From NCBI GenBank assembly GCA_009859145.1, contig VRVR01000017.1, forward strand, positions 269,428 to 333,427: DNA of 64,000 nucleotides, written 5' to 3'. Within the stretch, counting starts at the first letter, position 1. Each line of letters starts with the position of its first letter. A program made the translations under genes and the position numbers. Below are positions 11,701-22,054 of this stretch, in pieces. The notes beneath the pieces are model-generated. The model was given only the letters and a program-made list of their open reading frames with translations. It did no database searches and was not told the origin of the DNA. The stretch comes from Andalucia godoyi And28. Its lineage: Eukaryota > Protista > Jakobida.

Positions 11701-13098
11701 TTGGAACATGCTGATGAGGATAAGGGGAAGGGCGGAGAAGGAGAAGGAGAAGGAGAAGGAGAAGGAGAAGGAGACGAAGGTGTGCCTACCGCAGTTGCAG
11801 GTGCGACTGTGGGCGCAGGCGTCGCCAAAGACGAAGAGACGATTGGGGACTTGCGGGATTCTGGCGAAGAACAGAGCGACGACGGTGAAGGGGAAGAGGA
11901 CGACACGATCTTTTTTGAAGATGAAAAGGGAAAGGACGATGTTGATGTAGACGAAGATGCTCGCCAGTCTTCGGATCTCAAAGAGGTCGCATTTGTAGTT
12001 GCCGAAGGTCTTGGGGATACGACAGACATGTCGACTGATCAAAAGCAGCCGCTAGACGTGACTGCAACTGGGACAGAGGCTGCAGATGCTGCTGACGCTG
12101 CGCAGAGCAAGTCTGGTGCACAACGGAACGCCCCGGGCCTGGTTGTTGAGCCCCCTACAGAGTCATGCTTGTCTCCGAAGTCGACGTCGCCCAAGGTGGA
12201 GACGATCGTTTCGGCGAGTCCCGGAGGCGGCAGCGTTCGACTCTCATTGTCCACGAAGTTTCGAAATTCAAGGGAAGGTGCCGCTGCTGCTTCGGAGGAA
12301 GGTCCTTCGGCGGCGTCTCCTGCAAAGTTTGTTGCCGTGGAGAACGCCCCTGCTGTTCCCAGCTTTTCTTTCGTTTCACTGCAAGAAGAACGCCAACGGA
12401 GGAAAAAGCTTGAGAAGAGCGATTCTTCAATGGCTGCTCCGGCTGCCGCGAGGCCCGTCGTCGTCGAAGAACCCAGGGCTGTGTCGTCGAAAGATGCGGA
12501 AGATGTGCTGCCGCCCCCTGTCCCCGTCCTCCCTCGTGAATCCTCGGATTTCATGGAGCATTTGCGAGAATTGAAGAGGAAGCATCATCACGGCCATTCG
12601 CAAGAGGGTGCCCAAGGACACAGTTTGTCAGAACTTCCCCGTCCTGTGGATGAATACCACAAGGCGGTTGCAAATTTGCAAGAGTCTTTTGCAAAGGTAG
12701 TTACCATGTTCTCGGAAGTGTCAACCGTCCGTGAGTCCATCATGACCGTTCGTCAGACTACTCAGGATCATCGACAGCTCCTGGCCCTGAATCAGCATCT
12801 TACGGACACTGATGTGTTGAAGGATGTATTTGACTCACTCTTCTCGACCATGCAACGGCGTTTGGGAACATCCCTCGCTCCAGCTGGAATGTCATCCATG
12901 GTCGATCAAAATTCGACACAGCAAACCTCTGGATATCCAACGCTGACACGACCGAACACCGCTCCCCTGAGCATAGTATCGGGAACCAGCTCCACATTGA
13001 CATCTGTTGTTGCACCCCAAGAAATCACGTCGATGCTCGAATCGTACTCGGATAACCTCGTGGAAATGATCATGAGGAAACTGGGAGATAAACGATGA
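8773..13098 (+). CDS. WD40-repeat protein of the WDR62/MAPKBP1 family
   Basis: N-terminal LEKTIG..T..N..LA.NP..G.IAYPAGC.VVLYN signature; many WD repeats (VLVWD, MVLWNW, IFVWD, TIRFWS, IFVWR); acidic low-complexity middle; C-terminal helical segment ending MLESYSDNLVEMIMRKL. Confidence 0.88.
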   Translation: MDVKKRPRSAENAAAGGLPMAKVTLEKTIGCTAKTNHSLAINPASGDIAYPAGCIVVLYNAKRNKQLRFLVSKNNKPITCVSFSADGKYLAAAENGHDPSVLVWDVQAGERVAELLHHKIGVQCISFSPDGKYLVSCGVVHDGSMVLWNWKTSTKLSTIRTGTDVYAVSFAEDSSYFIAVGKQYLKFFYLDPAKATPGGVSAGGPVRPKSAGPPSSRAVPNLSQLEGKPAQYGTGESARFSDLEWRDVCCGTGKSANFCYAVSSNGMMCCFSSARLLHSWVDLRTPHARCISVVQDKIACGCAHGIVRLFESTTLQFIATLPKPAPMGNLNLGIISTGKSIARPSLSQFEFPQTVATRFSLDTGRLVCIYADRSIFVWDISNPKKVGKSRSALAHSDCVWDVISLPNTEGVFPENTFATCSTDNTIRFWSLQGSSLLGDPGSVSESVIQKNVFSKDLLRVIHVPQEEASEEQKGIRSLGLSADGKFLASGDRQGNLRVHSLTTFDLVTSVEAHESEILSITVDAQFLASGSRDRLVHIFKSPLGTKGDLASLQTIDDHSSSVTAVKLARAQNGEHMLISASADKSLLFHRCDSKGKFVRSHTAAVSGTVADMTLDSTQKFVVTVGQEKKLTAWSIESGKAMRSYRIDPAAGEQHRVAMDPSGLICAVSSADRFIRILDFFSGQCIARVRGHSEHVTGLCFTADCTRLVSVSADGCIFVWRLPLDLVTNLKDRLSEIRSEKQIPSLNLQNLKIPEIASEDPPQSSARHGVINPPSPPASNRRLHGSSQYEDQKDALHSLLEGIPVATPRNEPALPAVPAKQTVDEEFSFQFKDTIALPSWAKLLASNPSANGATVKRSTVYRKTKGKWADRLKQEGLVMFEEEVLIAQASSVPSPDADKAQKSVLIVDQNTKRKYTVDPEVLRDGDVSSVRASMKPLEEDASQENDLRESVESNDDDPLGNSLKTDTDAELADDVLVLEHADEDKGKGGEGEGEGEGEGEGDEGVPTAVAGATVGAGVAKDEETIGDLRDSGEEQSDDGEGEEDDTIFFEDEKGKDDVDVDEDARQSSDLKEVAFVVAEGLGDTTDMSTDQKQPLDVTATGTEAADAADAAQSKSGAQRNAPGLVVEPPTESCLSPKSTSPKVETIVSASPGGGSVRLSLSTKFRNSREGAAAASEEGPSAASPAKFVAVENAPAVPSFSFVSLQEERQRRKKLEKSDSSMAAPAAARPVVVEEPRAVSSKDAEDVLPPPVPVLPRESSDFMEHLRELKRKHHHGHSQEGAQGHSLSELPRPVDEYHKAVANLQESFAKVVTMFSEVSTVRESIMTVRQTTQDHRQLLALNQHLTDTDVLKDVFDSLFSTMQRRLGTSLAPAGMSSMVDQNSTQQTSGYPTLTRPNTAPLSIVSGTSSTLTSVVAPQEITSMLESYSDNLVEMIMRKLGDKR

Positions 13099-13156
13099 AC
13101 GGTGGCACTTACGCGTAAATTGTACAACGAAGCATGGGCCACCCAACGCTGGCCGT

Positions 13157-13492
13157 CAGTCTTGCGCCGGAACCGAATGTGAATTCAATTCAGAAAGGGG
13201 AGGGTCGGTCCCTTCCAGCACGCCGCAGCGTTCTTCCAATCGATGTGGCGTGCACTATTTTCCCAGTCTCGATCCAGACGGGTGCCGAGCATGACCGGCG
13301 TCGGAATGACCATGGACTGGCGTGGATGGCAAAAGACGAGCGGAAGCACAGAACTGTCTGCGTTTTCTGGGAGAGTAGGGTACAGTGTGGGTTGTACGGA
13401 TAAACAAGCTGGAGCATACGTATGCAGAAAACGGCGTGTGGTTTGATTTTTGCGTGTAGCATGATGGACGTCAAAGGCCCTCTTGCTTGCCA
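13157..13492. repeat. Dispersed repeat family A, copy 2
   Basis: 13210-13492 is nearly identical to 2067-2349; 13157-13310 aligns with 62549-62700. Confidence 0.95.
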
Positions 13493-13623
13493 ATGGGTCT
13501 AATCTTTATCCTTTTTTGATGTTTTTTATTTCTTCTTCTTCTCCAGTTTACGAACAGATGTTGCAAAAAAAAAAAAACCAGCAATGTCTACATTCGCCTT
13601 GCTCAACAAACAATTTCGTGCTG

Positions 13624-16014
13624 TTATTCCACCAATTCCACATTCTCCGTCGACGTGGAAGTGGGTTCTGCACCAATGGGTTCGATTGTCGCAACCGCAA
13701 GGGAATCGGCAGCAGAGGAGTCGGCAGCTGGGGACGCCGGCGCATCCGATTCCTTGCCATTGGAGGTCAGCAGCGTGGTTGAGGACACTTCAGCGGCTTC
13801 GCTAGATGTGCTTTCGCCTGCTTCGGCGGACGCGATTTCGTGGGAAGTCTTGTGCTGTGCAGCAAGATTAGCCTTGTACTGAGCAGCCATCTTGTGGACG
13901 GCTTCGACACCCAGGTCTCCCCACTTGGGAGCCTTGGACATCCAGAAAGGAACGAAGATGATCAAGAGTCCGATAAGAATGAGAGAAACCCACCAGTAGT
14001 CCGCCTGGTTCTTGAACACCGGAACAAGCGTAACAGAAATGTAGGACGACAACTTCACCAAAATGTTGATAGCGGGTCCCGAGGTATCCTTGAAAGGATC
14101 TCCGAGAGTGTCACCAACCACGCAAGCCTTGTGGAGCTCCGATCTCTTCATTCCAAGCTCGTTCTCAACATACTTCTTTGCGTTGTCAAAGGCTCCTCCG
14201 GAGGTATTCTGAGAGCAGCCGACCTGAAGACCCGAAACGATGGTTCCGATCAACATTCCCGTGAGGCATTCAGGACCCAAGCCAATACCGATGATCAGCG
14301 GTGCGAGAATGACAAGGAGAACAGGGAACAACATGGCATGGAGCGCAGCCATCATGATGGAGCGAACGCACGATGCATAATCGGCATCTGCAGTACCTTC
14401 CCAAAGACCTTTGATTTCCGCAAACTGGCGGCGAACTTCAACCACCACACCCTGTGCCGACTTGGCGACCGCAGTCATGGTCATGGCAGAGAACCACATG
14501 GGAAGCATAGCACCAATCAAAATTCCAGCAAGGCCAAACTTATTTGTGACCAAATTGGGCGTGGTGATACCGACTTTGGTAACAAACGACGAAACCAAGG
14601 AGATACCCGTGAGGATGGCAGACACGACGGCGAATCCCTTACCGACAGCAGCGGTGGTATTGCCCAACGCATCGAGAATGTCTGTGTTCTCACGAACATG
14701 TGGAGCCATGTGCGCCATTTCTGCGATTCCACCGGCATTATCGGAAACTGGGCCGTATGCGTCTGTGGCAAGAGTAATTCCCAAAGTAGAGAGAACACCA
14801 GTGGAAGCAAGCGCGATGCCGTACATTCCTGCAAGCTCGAGAGCGGCCAGAACAACTGATGCGACAATGAGAGTTGGGAGAACGCAGGCCATGTATCCAA
14901 CAGCCAAACCTTGGATGATGACACCCGCGGGTCCGGCAGTCGCTGCTCCGACAATCGACTGGGTTGGGTAGTACGCACCGGAGGTCATGAATTCCGAGAA
15001 AATGGCAATCACAATACCTGCGGCAAGTCCGATGACAATGCATCCGAAAAGCTTCCAGGACACATCCAACACGCCAATGACGAGGGCGATCAAGCCCACT
15101 TGGATAAGGCCCGCGAACAACTGGGCGCGGCGAAGAACAACCAGGAGATCGTGCTGCGTTGCTCCTTCCTTGGTACGGACGAGCATCATGCCAAGAACCG
15201 CGGAAATGATGCCAGCTCCGGAAATCCAGAAGGGAACTGCAACTCCTGCGGCCCCAATTTGATCATATCCGAGCAACGACGACGCAATGATGGAACCAGC
15301 GAATGAGCCGAACAAATCAGCTCCCATTCCTGCGGTGTCTCCTACATTGTCTCCGACATTATCTGCAATGGTGGCAGGGTTACGAACGTCATCTTCGGGG
15401 ATGTTCTTCTCGACCTTTGCAACCAAATCGGCACCGACGTCTGCAGCCTTGGTGAAGATTCCGCCACCAACACGTGCAAAGATGGAGAGGGTGGACGCAC
15501 CCATGCCGAATCCGGTCAGCGCGTTGATATTATTCGTGATGGCATTGTCGTCAAAGATCATCAGCAGGCACGACAAGCAGCCAAGCGCAAGGGAAACCAC
15601 ACAAAGACCCATAACAGATCCCGAGTTGAATGCAACACGAAGTGCTGCATTCAGGCCTGCCTCCGCAGCCTTTGCCGTCCGGGTGTTGCCCTGCACGGCA
15701 ATCATCATTCCAATGTAACCGCACGTCGCAGAAGACGTCACTCCAACCAGATAACAGATTCCAGTTCTCCAGTTCACCGCTGCAGTGACGAGGACGAACA
15801 ACGCGGCCACCATCACGGCAAGCGCAGCGTACTCGTACTTCAAGAAGGCCTTAGCTCCCTGGCGGATGGCCTTGGAAATACGGATCATTTCTGGAGTCCC
15901 TTGGTCTTCCTGGATAACAAGGTAGGCCAAAAAGGCCGCAATCAGGCCTCCAATCAGAGAAATGATGAGCGATGGAAGACCCACTGTCACCCACGTGATG
16001 GTAAACGAAGCCAT
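13624..16014 (-). CDS. Membrane-integral (H+ or Na+)-translocating pyrophosphatase, K+-dependent type
   Basis: GGGIFTKAADVGADLVAKVE; EDD.RNPA.IADNVGDNVGD; DAYGPVSDNAGGIAEM; GNTTAA (Ala form marks K+-dependence); GGAFDNAKKYVE; GDTLGDPFKDTSGP. Confidence 0.95.
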   Translation of the reverse strand: MASFTITWVTVGLPSLIISLIGGLIAAFLAYLVIQEDQGTPEMIRISKAIRQGAKAFLKYEYAALAVMVAALFVLVTAAVNWRTGICYLVGVTSSATCGYIGMMIAVQGNTRTAKAAEAGLNAALRVAFNSGSVMGLCVVSLALGCLSCLLMIFDDNAITNNINALTGFGMGASTLSIFARVGGGIFTKAADVGADLVAKVEKNIPEDDVRNPATIADNVGDNVGDTAGMGADLFGSFAGSIIASSLLGYDQIGAAGVAVPFWISGAGIISAVLGMMLVRTKEGATQHDLLVVLRRAQLFAGLIQVGLIALVIGVLDVSWKLFGCIVIGLAAGIVIAIFSEFMTSGAYYPTQSIVGAATAGPAGVIIQGLAVGYMACVLPTLIVASVVLAALELAGMYGIALASTGVLSTLGITLATDAYGPVSDNAGGIAEMAHMAPHVRENTDILDALGNTTAAVGKGFAVVSAILTGISLVSSFVTKVGITTPNLVTNKFGLAGILIGAMLPMWFSAMTMTAVAKSAQGVVVEVRRQFAEIKGLWEGTADADYASCVRSIMMAALHAMLFPVLLVILAPLIIGIGLGPECLTGMLIGTIVSGLQVGCSQNTSGGAFDNAKKYVENELGMKRSELHKACVVGDTLGDPFKDTSGPAINILVKLSSYISVTLVPVFKNQADYWWVSLILIGLLIIFVPFWMSKAPKWGDLGVEAVHKMAAQYKANLAAQHKTSHEIASAEAGESTSSEAAEVSSTTLLTSNGKESDAPASPAADSSAADSLAVATIEPIGAEPTSTSTENVELVE

Positions 16015-16945
16015 CCTCTTGTTTCTTCTTTCTCTCCCTCGAATACAACCACCACAAACTGTTTGCAATCAAATCAATTTCTTTTCTCTTTTCTTTTTTT
16101 GAATGAAAAGAAAGAAAGAAGGAGGAGAAAACAAGTGGCGAAAAGTGCAGAAGGGAAAAAAAAAAAACACGAAAAATCACGCGATAGGGGAAAAAGAGTC
16201 CAAGCCAAAATAAATGTTATAATAACAATAACAATTGAAAAAGAGAAAGGGAGGGAAAGGGGATCTTTGGTAAAAAAGGAGGGCTTTCTTAAGGATATGG
16301 GAATGGGGTCCGTCGATTGGAAGGGGAGCGATTTTTTTTTTTTTTTTGGGCTGAGGAAAAACGGACATTGTCTGGGGTGTGGTTCTGCAATCGCAGCCCA
16401 TTTTCGAACCGGATTCCGCTCCGATTGACTGTGTACGACGGCACAAATTTGGTTCCGCTTCGTTCGACACGTCTATCAGAAAAATGCCGATTCTGCTCGT
16501 GCCATGCGTAGCACAGTTAAGGAACACTCGTCCCATGAATGCGAGGTGATGTCTATGGGCCCATCTATTCTCTGCTAGCGCGGATATCATCTTTTTGCTC
16601 GTTCCTTTTTTTAGGAATTTAAAAAAAAATAATAAAAGCCCCTTTCCCAATAAAACCATCCCGTGTTTTTGTTTCTCTCCGTTCGCGGTCTGGTACCGCT
16701 ATGTCCACACATTCCATTGAGCAGCATCGCGTTCGCCATTTGTTCCCTTTGCGTGTGTTGCCCTGTCCAGAGAGAAAGCACCACACGGGTAGAAGAATCT
16801 TCGCCTCCGTTGGCTTATCAGCTTTTTACCTTTTTTACTGCTTTATTTTTTTAAAAAAATGTAATGTCTCTCAACAATGACAAACCACGAACGAAGACAA
16901 TCGATACTACGAGTCCCACAGCCTGAACGTTTTCTACGTTCTGCT

Positions 16946-18454
16946 TTACGGCCAGATTCCAAGAGTCGACAAAGTTCCTGCGATCTTGTCGATGGAGGCA
17001 ACATATGCAGCTGAGCGGAGCGAAGTGTTCTTGCTGACCGAGATGGACTTGATCTGCTGGAACGCATTTCGCATGGTATAGTCAAGACCTGATCGGACCA
17101 AGTCGAGTTCATCGGCACCACGAACTACGAGGTTGTACTCCTTCTCCGAGAACTTCTTTCCCAGCTTCTCTTCAATGAGCATCAATAAATCCCTCTTCGA
17201 GTACATGTCGTACTGCTTGGTCATGCGGCCGAAGCGGACATGAGACAAGTTCTTGAGCCATTCAAAGTACGAGACGGTAACACCACCGGCATTGCACCAA
17301 ACATCGGGAATGATGATGACGTTCTTCTTTTCGAGGATCTGCTCACCTCCAATGGTGATCGGGCCGTTGGCGGCCTCTGCAATAACCTTTGCCTTGATGT
17401 CGTTTGCATTCGACATGTTGATCTGTCCTTCCAACGCAGCGGGGATGAGCACGTCGCAGTCCAAGCCGAGCATATCCTCGGCACGGCTGAACTCCTTCTT
17501 TGCTCCTGGGAATCCCTTGAGCGAGTTTCCGTGTGCGTTCTTGTAGGCATTGAGCTGCTCAGGGTTGATGCCGTCCGGGTTCCAGACACCCGAGTTCCAT
17601 TCTCCCACTCCGACCAACTTTGCGCCGTTCTCCACCAAGAACAATGCAGAGTGATATCCGACATTTCCAAAGCCGAGAACCACAACCTTCTTTCCTTCCA
17701 AGCCCATCGAGATTCCGGCCTTCTTGGTCAAGTCCGCGTCATTGAGCACATCGCGAACGGTGTAGTAGACTCCAAGACCAGTGGCCTCGGTACGTCCACG
17801 GATACCGCCCTGCGAAACAGGCTTACCAGTCACGCATGCCGAAGCATCCACTGCATCCGACGCCATTGCCTGGTAGGTCGACAGCAACCATGACATGATC
17901 TTTTCATTGGTTCCTACGTCAGGGGCGGGGACATCAGTACCGGGTCCAATGTAGTGCTTCTTGATCAGTTCAGCAGTATATCGACGAGTGATGGTTTCAA
18001 GCTCGGCAGGAGTATACTTCTTCGGGTCAATGCGGATTCCTCCCTTTGCTCCACCAAACGGAACATCGACGGCTGCGCACTTGAAAGTCATCAGCGTCGC
18101 AAGTGCCATGGTCTCCTGGCGGTCCGTCATCGGATGGAATCGGATGCCTCCCTTGGTCGGCATACGATGGTACGAGTGCTGGCAGCGCCAACCCTGGATG
18201 AGCTCCCACTTGAGATCTCCGTTCGGGGTCTCGCGACGAAGAGGGAACGACAGCTCAATGATGTTCTTCGGGGTCTTGATGAACTCACAGATCGTGCGGT
18301 CGTGCGTCGTAAGTCCCGATGCTTGGTCAAAAAAGTATTGCACCTGCTCCAGGAAGCCGGGCTCCTTCACACCATCCGGCTCGGGAAGAGTCGAAAAGGC
18401 ACGAGACACCGACACAGCGGATGATGCTCGGGGGCGGATGTTTCGGGTAAGCAT
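16946..18454 (-). CDS. Glutamate dehydrogenase (ELFV family), probably mitochondrial
   Basis: KGGIRF; KCAAVDVPFGGAKGG; DVPAPD; GFGNVG; IAEAANGP; NAGGVTVSYFEWLKN; Arg/Ser-rich N-terminal presequence. Confidence 0.95.
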   Translation of the reverse strand: MLTRNIRPRASSAVSVSRAFSTLPEPDGVKEPGFLEQVQYFFDQASGLTTHDRTICEFIKTPKNIIELSFPLRRETPNGDLKWELIQGWRCQHSYHRMPTKGGIRFHPMTDRQETMALATLMTFKCAAVDVPFGGAKGGIRIDPKKYTPAELETITRRYTAELIKKHYIGPGTDVPAPDVGTNEKIMSWLLSTYQAMASDAVDASACVTGKPVSQGGIRGRTEATGLGVYYTVRDVLNDADLTKKAGISMGLEGKKVVVLGFGNVGYHSALFLVENGAKLVGVGEWNSGVWNPDGINPEQLNAYKNAHGNSLKGFPGAKKEFSRAEDMLGLDCDVLIPAALEGQINMSNANDIKAKVIAEAANGPITIGGEQILEKKNVIIIPDVWCNAGGVTVSYFEWLKNLSHVRFGRMTKQYDMYSKRDLLMLIEEKLGKKFSEKEYNLVVRGADELDLVRSGLDYTMRNAFQQIKSISVSKNTSLRSAAYVASIDKIAGTLSTLGIWP

Positions 18455-19327
18455 TCTTGGACAACGCGGCAATCAAAGATATACACCAGTATAAACTCTA
18501 AAATAATAAACCGACAAGAGGGAGAGAAAGGGGAAAGGAGGGGGGAAAAAAAGAAAGGAAAATAAAATGACACGAAAAAAAATATAGTAAAAATAATATG
18601 TGCAACAAAGACTGGGGGAAAAAGGGCAGAAACAGTTGGAGCTGTTTGTCTCGGAATTTCTTCTCAAAATGCCGAGGTTTTTTCGTTTTCGTATGCACGA
18701 TCGTGGAGGGTCGGGGCTTCGTGCATTTTCGTTAATCGTTATGTCGACGGCCATTTTTAAATATAAAAAAAAAAAGAGCGAGTGGGTTGATGGGTTCCAA
18801 AGAGGGAATCGGCGGGGGTTGCACAGACTGGTTGAGCAGCGGGTAATTCCACATCCACGGGAAAAGACCGCACCGACCTTTTCGATTCGAGAGACTACGG
18901 TCGCTGAGCATGTTTTTTTTCTTTTGTTGAGAATCCACGAGAGAGAATCGCAACGTTGGGCCCCGTCGTTCGTCCGGCTGTGTGTAGACTGGAGCTTGGA
19001 AGGCAGGAACGGACGATCCGCACATTTATGGTATAGATAGCATTTTCAATAGCAAAAATACAAAAAGGAAGAAGAAAAAGAAACTTAAAAAATGAAAAAA
19101 CACACAACAAGAACAAGAACAACAACATGCTTTTGCAGGACTGGGGAACGAAGCCCCTAAGAGAGACCTCACAACAGACTGGAATTTCGACAAATGAGTA
19201 GGACCCCGGCATGGAATGCAAATTAAACAACTATAAATCGACGGATATAGGGATGGATGGATGGACAACAGAGACACAATGGAGTTGGAAATGCAAGAAA
19301 CGGGGAAATGCAAGAAACAGTGAAATC

Positions 19328-20647
19328 CTAAGAAGACGGCGGAAGATAGACTTGGCCTCCGTCTGCAAACCGAATGCCGTCTGCTTCAGAAGCCTCCAGC
19401 AGAGCTTGGTAGACAAATTCATATTGCTCAGATCTCTGGATCATTCCGATTCTGCACTGTCGCATGTATCGCAGCGTATTGAACACATCAAAACGGAACG
19501 GCATCACGCGTTCTGGACCGGCTCTGTGCAGCCGAAACTGGGCGTAAACAGCATGAATTGCAATAAAGGTACCGCTACGGCCCACTCCTGCGGAACAATG
19601 GACGACCAAAGGACCCGCAACTCGATGCTGCAAACCTCCGTTGTGATTGCTGCTGTTGCTGTTGCTGTTGCTGTTGTTGTTGCTGTTCATGCCGGCATGT
19701 GGCGGAGACGAATGATTCGCGTCCTGAAACACGGATGATGGATTGGAACTTGGGGACGGGTCGAGAGCGAGCATCTTGAGTAAGGTTCGGATGCCAAGCG
19801 TGTCGGTTGGAACTCCAAAATCCTGCCAAGCTGTGTACATGATGTGACGAATAATGCGTACGGGAGGCGGCAACATCCCTTCATGTTGCGTTTGCATTCG
19901 CAAATGATGGTGTGGCGACGATGCCGACTGCTGATGTGGCAGCTGCGGATGATGGAGTTGCTGTTGAGACTGAGACCAACTGTGCGCTGCAGCCTGGTAC
20001 TCGGCAATCTTGACGGTCAGCTTCAAATCACGAACAGTCAGCCCCTCAATCCCTTCTACATTGTACACATGCAGCGTTTCCACATCAAAGAATCCCAGGT
20101 GCAAAGCAGTGTTTTGCTCCGTAGGAAAGTAGGCTGAGCACTGTTCTTTCGCACCTTCGCGAAACGACGTCAGCATCACAATCGTCGAGGACTGCTGCTC
20201 CCAGATCATCCGCCAGAAATCCTGGACAGTGAAATCCGTGGGCGCCTGTGTGGCGATGTAGTTGTACGGGATCCCCAAAGTTGCACCGTCGATGAACGAC
20301 GCATTGATATAGTCGGAGCCAGGTTGATCATCGATCGGCATAAGCTTCACTCGTGTCTTCTCAAATGGCAGGATATTCGAATACCGATTCTTCATCTTGT
20401 TCTCTTCACGAGATGCCGTTTCAAATCGACCCTCTTTTTCATAGATCTTGGCAGATCGGAATATCGTCTTGTCAATATAGTTGAATTCGTCTTCCAGACG
20501 CTCTCCTACTGGAGACGTTCCATGAGAACTGCGCTCTTCAAAGTAGCGACGCAGATTGACAATCGGTTGGACGCGAGGAGATTTCTTCAGGTCCGCTGGC
20601 GTGATCTCCACCGATGAGCGGAGAGCAAACCCTCGTCGATTAATCAT
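19328..20647 (-). CDS. Classical protein tyrosine phosphatase with low-complexity insertions
   Basis: KNRYSNILPF; DYINAS; YIATQAP; DFWRMIWEQ; VHCSAGVGRSG; Q-loop QRSEQYEF. The 5' end may have additional exons. Confidence 0.92.
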   Translation of the reverse strand: MINRRGFALRSSVEITPADLKKSPRVQPIVNLRRYFEERSSHGTSPVGERLEDEFNYIDKTIFRSAKIYEKEGRFETASREENKMKNRYSNILPFEKTRVKLMPIDDQPGSDYINASFIDGATLGIPYNYIATQAPTDFTVQDFWRMIWEQQSSTIVMLTSFREGAKEQCSAYFPTEQNTALHLGFFDVETLHVYNVEGIEGLTVRDLKLTVKIAEYQAAAHSWSQSQQQLHHPQLPHQQSASSPHHHLRMQTQHEGMLPPPVRIIRHIMYTAWQDFGVPTDTLGIRTLLKMLALDPSPSSNPSSVFQDANHSSPPHAGMNSNNNSNSNSNSSNHNGGLQHRVAGPLVVHCSAGVGRSGTFIAIHAVYAQFRLHRAGPERVMPFRFDVFNTLRYMRQCRIGMIQRSEQYEFVYQALLEASEADGIRFADGGQVYLPPSS

Positions 20648-22054
20648 TGAATCAAATAATGATAATGATAATAATGATAAAAGACAATAATAAACCGCCC
20701 TGTCTTCTTACGTACAGTGTCCTCTGTGTCAGTGCGTTTTCCCTTTTTCCTATGTTTCTTTCAAATTCGCTCTCTTGGGGTGGGGAAACAAAAAAAGAAA
20801 AAGAAAAAGAAAAGCAAGTTGGAAAAGCAATGATTCTTCGTAATACAGAGTTTGTGAAAACGCAACTCTGACTCTCGCTCACAGACACACACAGGCGCAG
20901 AAAGAGAGCGTGAGGAAGAACAACGCCAAAAACAAGGAGTCCTGAATTCGCAAGCAGAAGAACTTAATTTCAGAACTTCAAACACTGGAATATCAAGGAT
21001 CCTTTTTCTTTTTTTCTTTTTCTATAATAAAAAAAAATTAAAATAAAGAGCGCTTGGAAAATGAAAGGTTGAAGAAGATGTGGAAAAGTGAGAGTGGGAG
21101 ACGAAACCGGATGAGGAAGAAGGAAAAAAAAAACTGAAGGGGAAAAATAAAATATTGAAGAAAATATTGTTTTAAATAAAAAAAATCAAGAACTGAAACG
21201 GCATCCAAAGAGGGCAAACGAAAAGAGAAAGGACGTCGAAAGGAGTCAGAAAAAAGATGGCGGTGCTTTTGATGGAGAAACGAGAAACGAGTACAGAAGC
21301 GGGTGTCTGTGGGATCTGGCTGCCTTTGCTGTGCTGCTGCTTGTGGGGTAATGCAACAGATGGAGCTTTTTTTATGGACGCTGTTTTTGTGATGTTGCTC
21401 GACGTTTCGCTCAGGAGGAGGACTCTGCTCGGATGGGTGTGACTTACGGAACCCTAGCATTTGCTTGTGATTCGCAAGAATGGTGCGGACAGACGAAAGC
21501 GATCTGTCATTGTCGATGACAAGAGTAGCTCGCACAGAAATGCTTTCCCAATCTGGACCAGCAAAAAAGAAAAAAGAAAAACGGTAAAGGAAAAAAATCC
21601 TAACGATTTTTGGATGCGCACAGAGACGGTTTCTTTTTTCTTTTTTTTCTTTTCTCTTTTGCTTTTTAGCGTTCTCCTTGTCGCCCCAGTGCTGGACATC
21701 GCACGTAATCGTACGTTGTGTTCAATCTAAAGGGTGCTGCAGCGTACGGGTTCTCAACAAACCAAAACAAAAAAAAAAAAAAAAGGTGTCGAAGCATAGG
21801 GAGCAGTAATTGTTCTTGCGAACAGAACGCCCATCAAAAGAAGAAAGAAGAAAACCTAGTTTCTGGGTTTGTCTGCAACGTTTTATTTATGTTGGTGAGA
21901 TCGCATCACTCCCGGATTTTGCGGGACGCTGCAGTGCTCTTATAGTTTCCTTCAGTAAAACATTCAGTAGGTACGCTGACGTCCATCGTTGACTGCCGCC
22001 GGTTCCCAAAAAAACACGGCCGCCAGACGTGTCCATTCTGGAACGTGTTTCTTC

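Noticed and set aside
13134-13497. ATGGG as a 5-bp TSD around family A copy 2
   Set aside because: A 5-mer match is easily chance, and copies 1 and 3 show no equivalent duplication.
20635-21535. Possible upstream PTP exons (minus-strand GTAAGT at about 21447 and GTAAGA at about 20711)
   Set aside because: Donor-like sites exist, but the acceptors and reading frame could not be fixed without transcripts.
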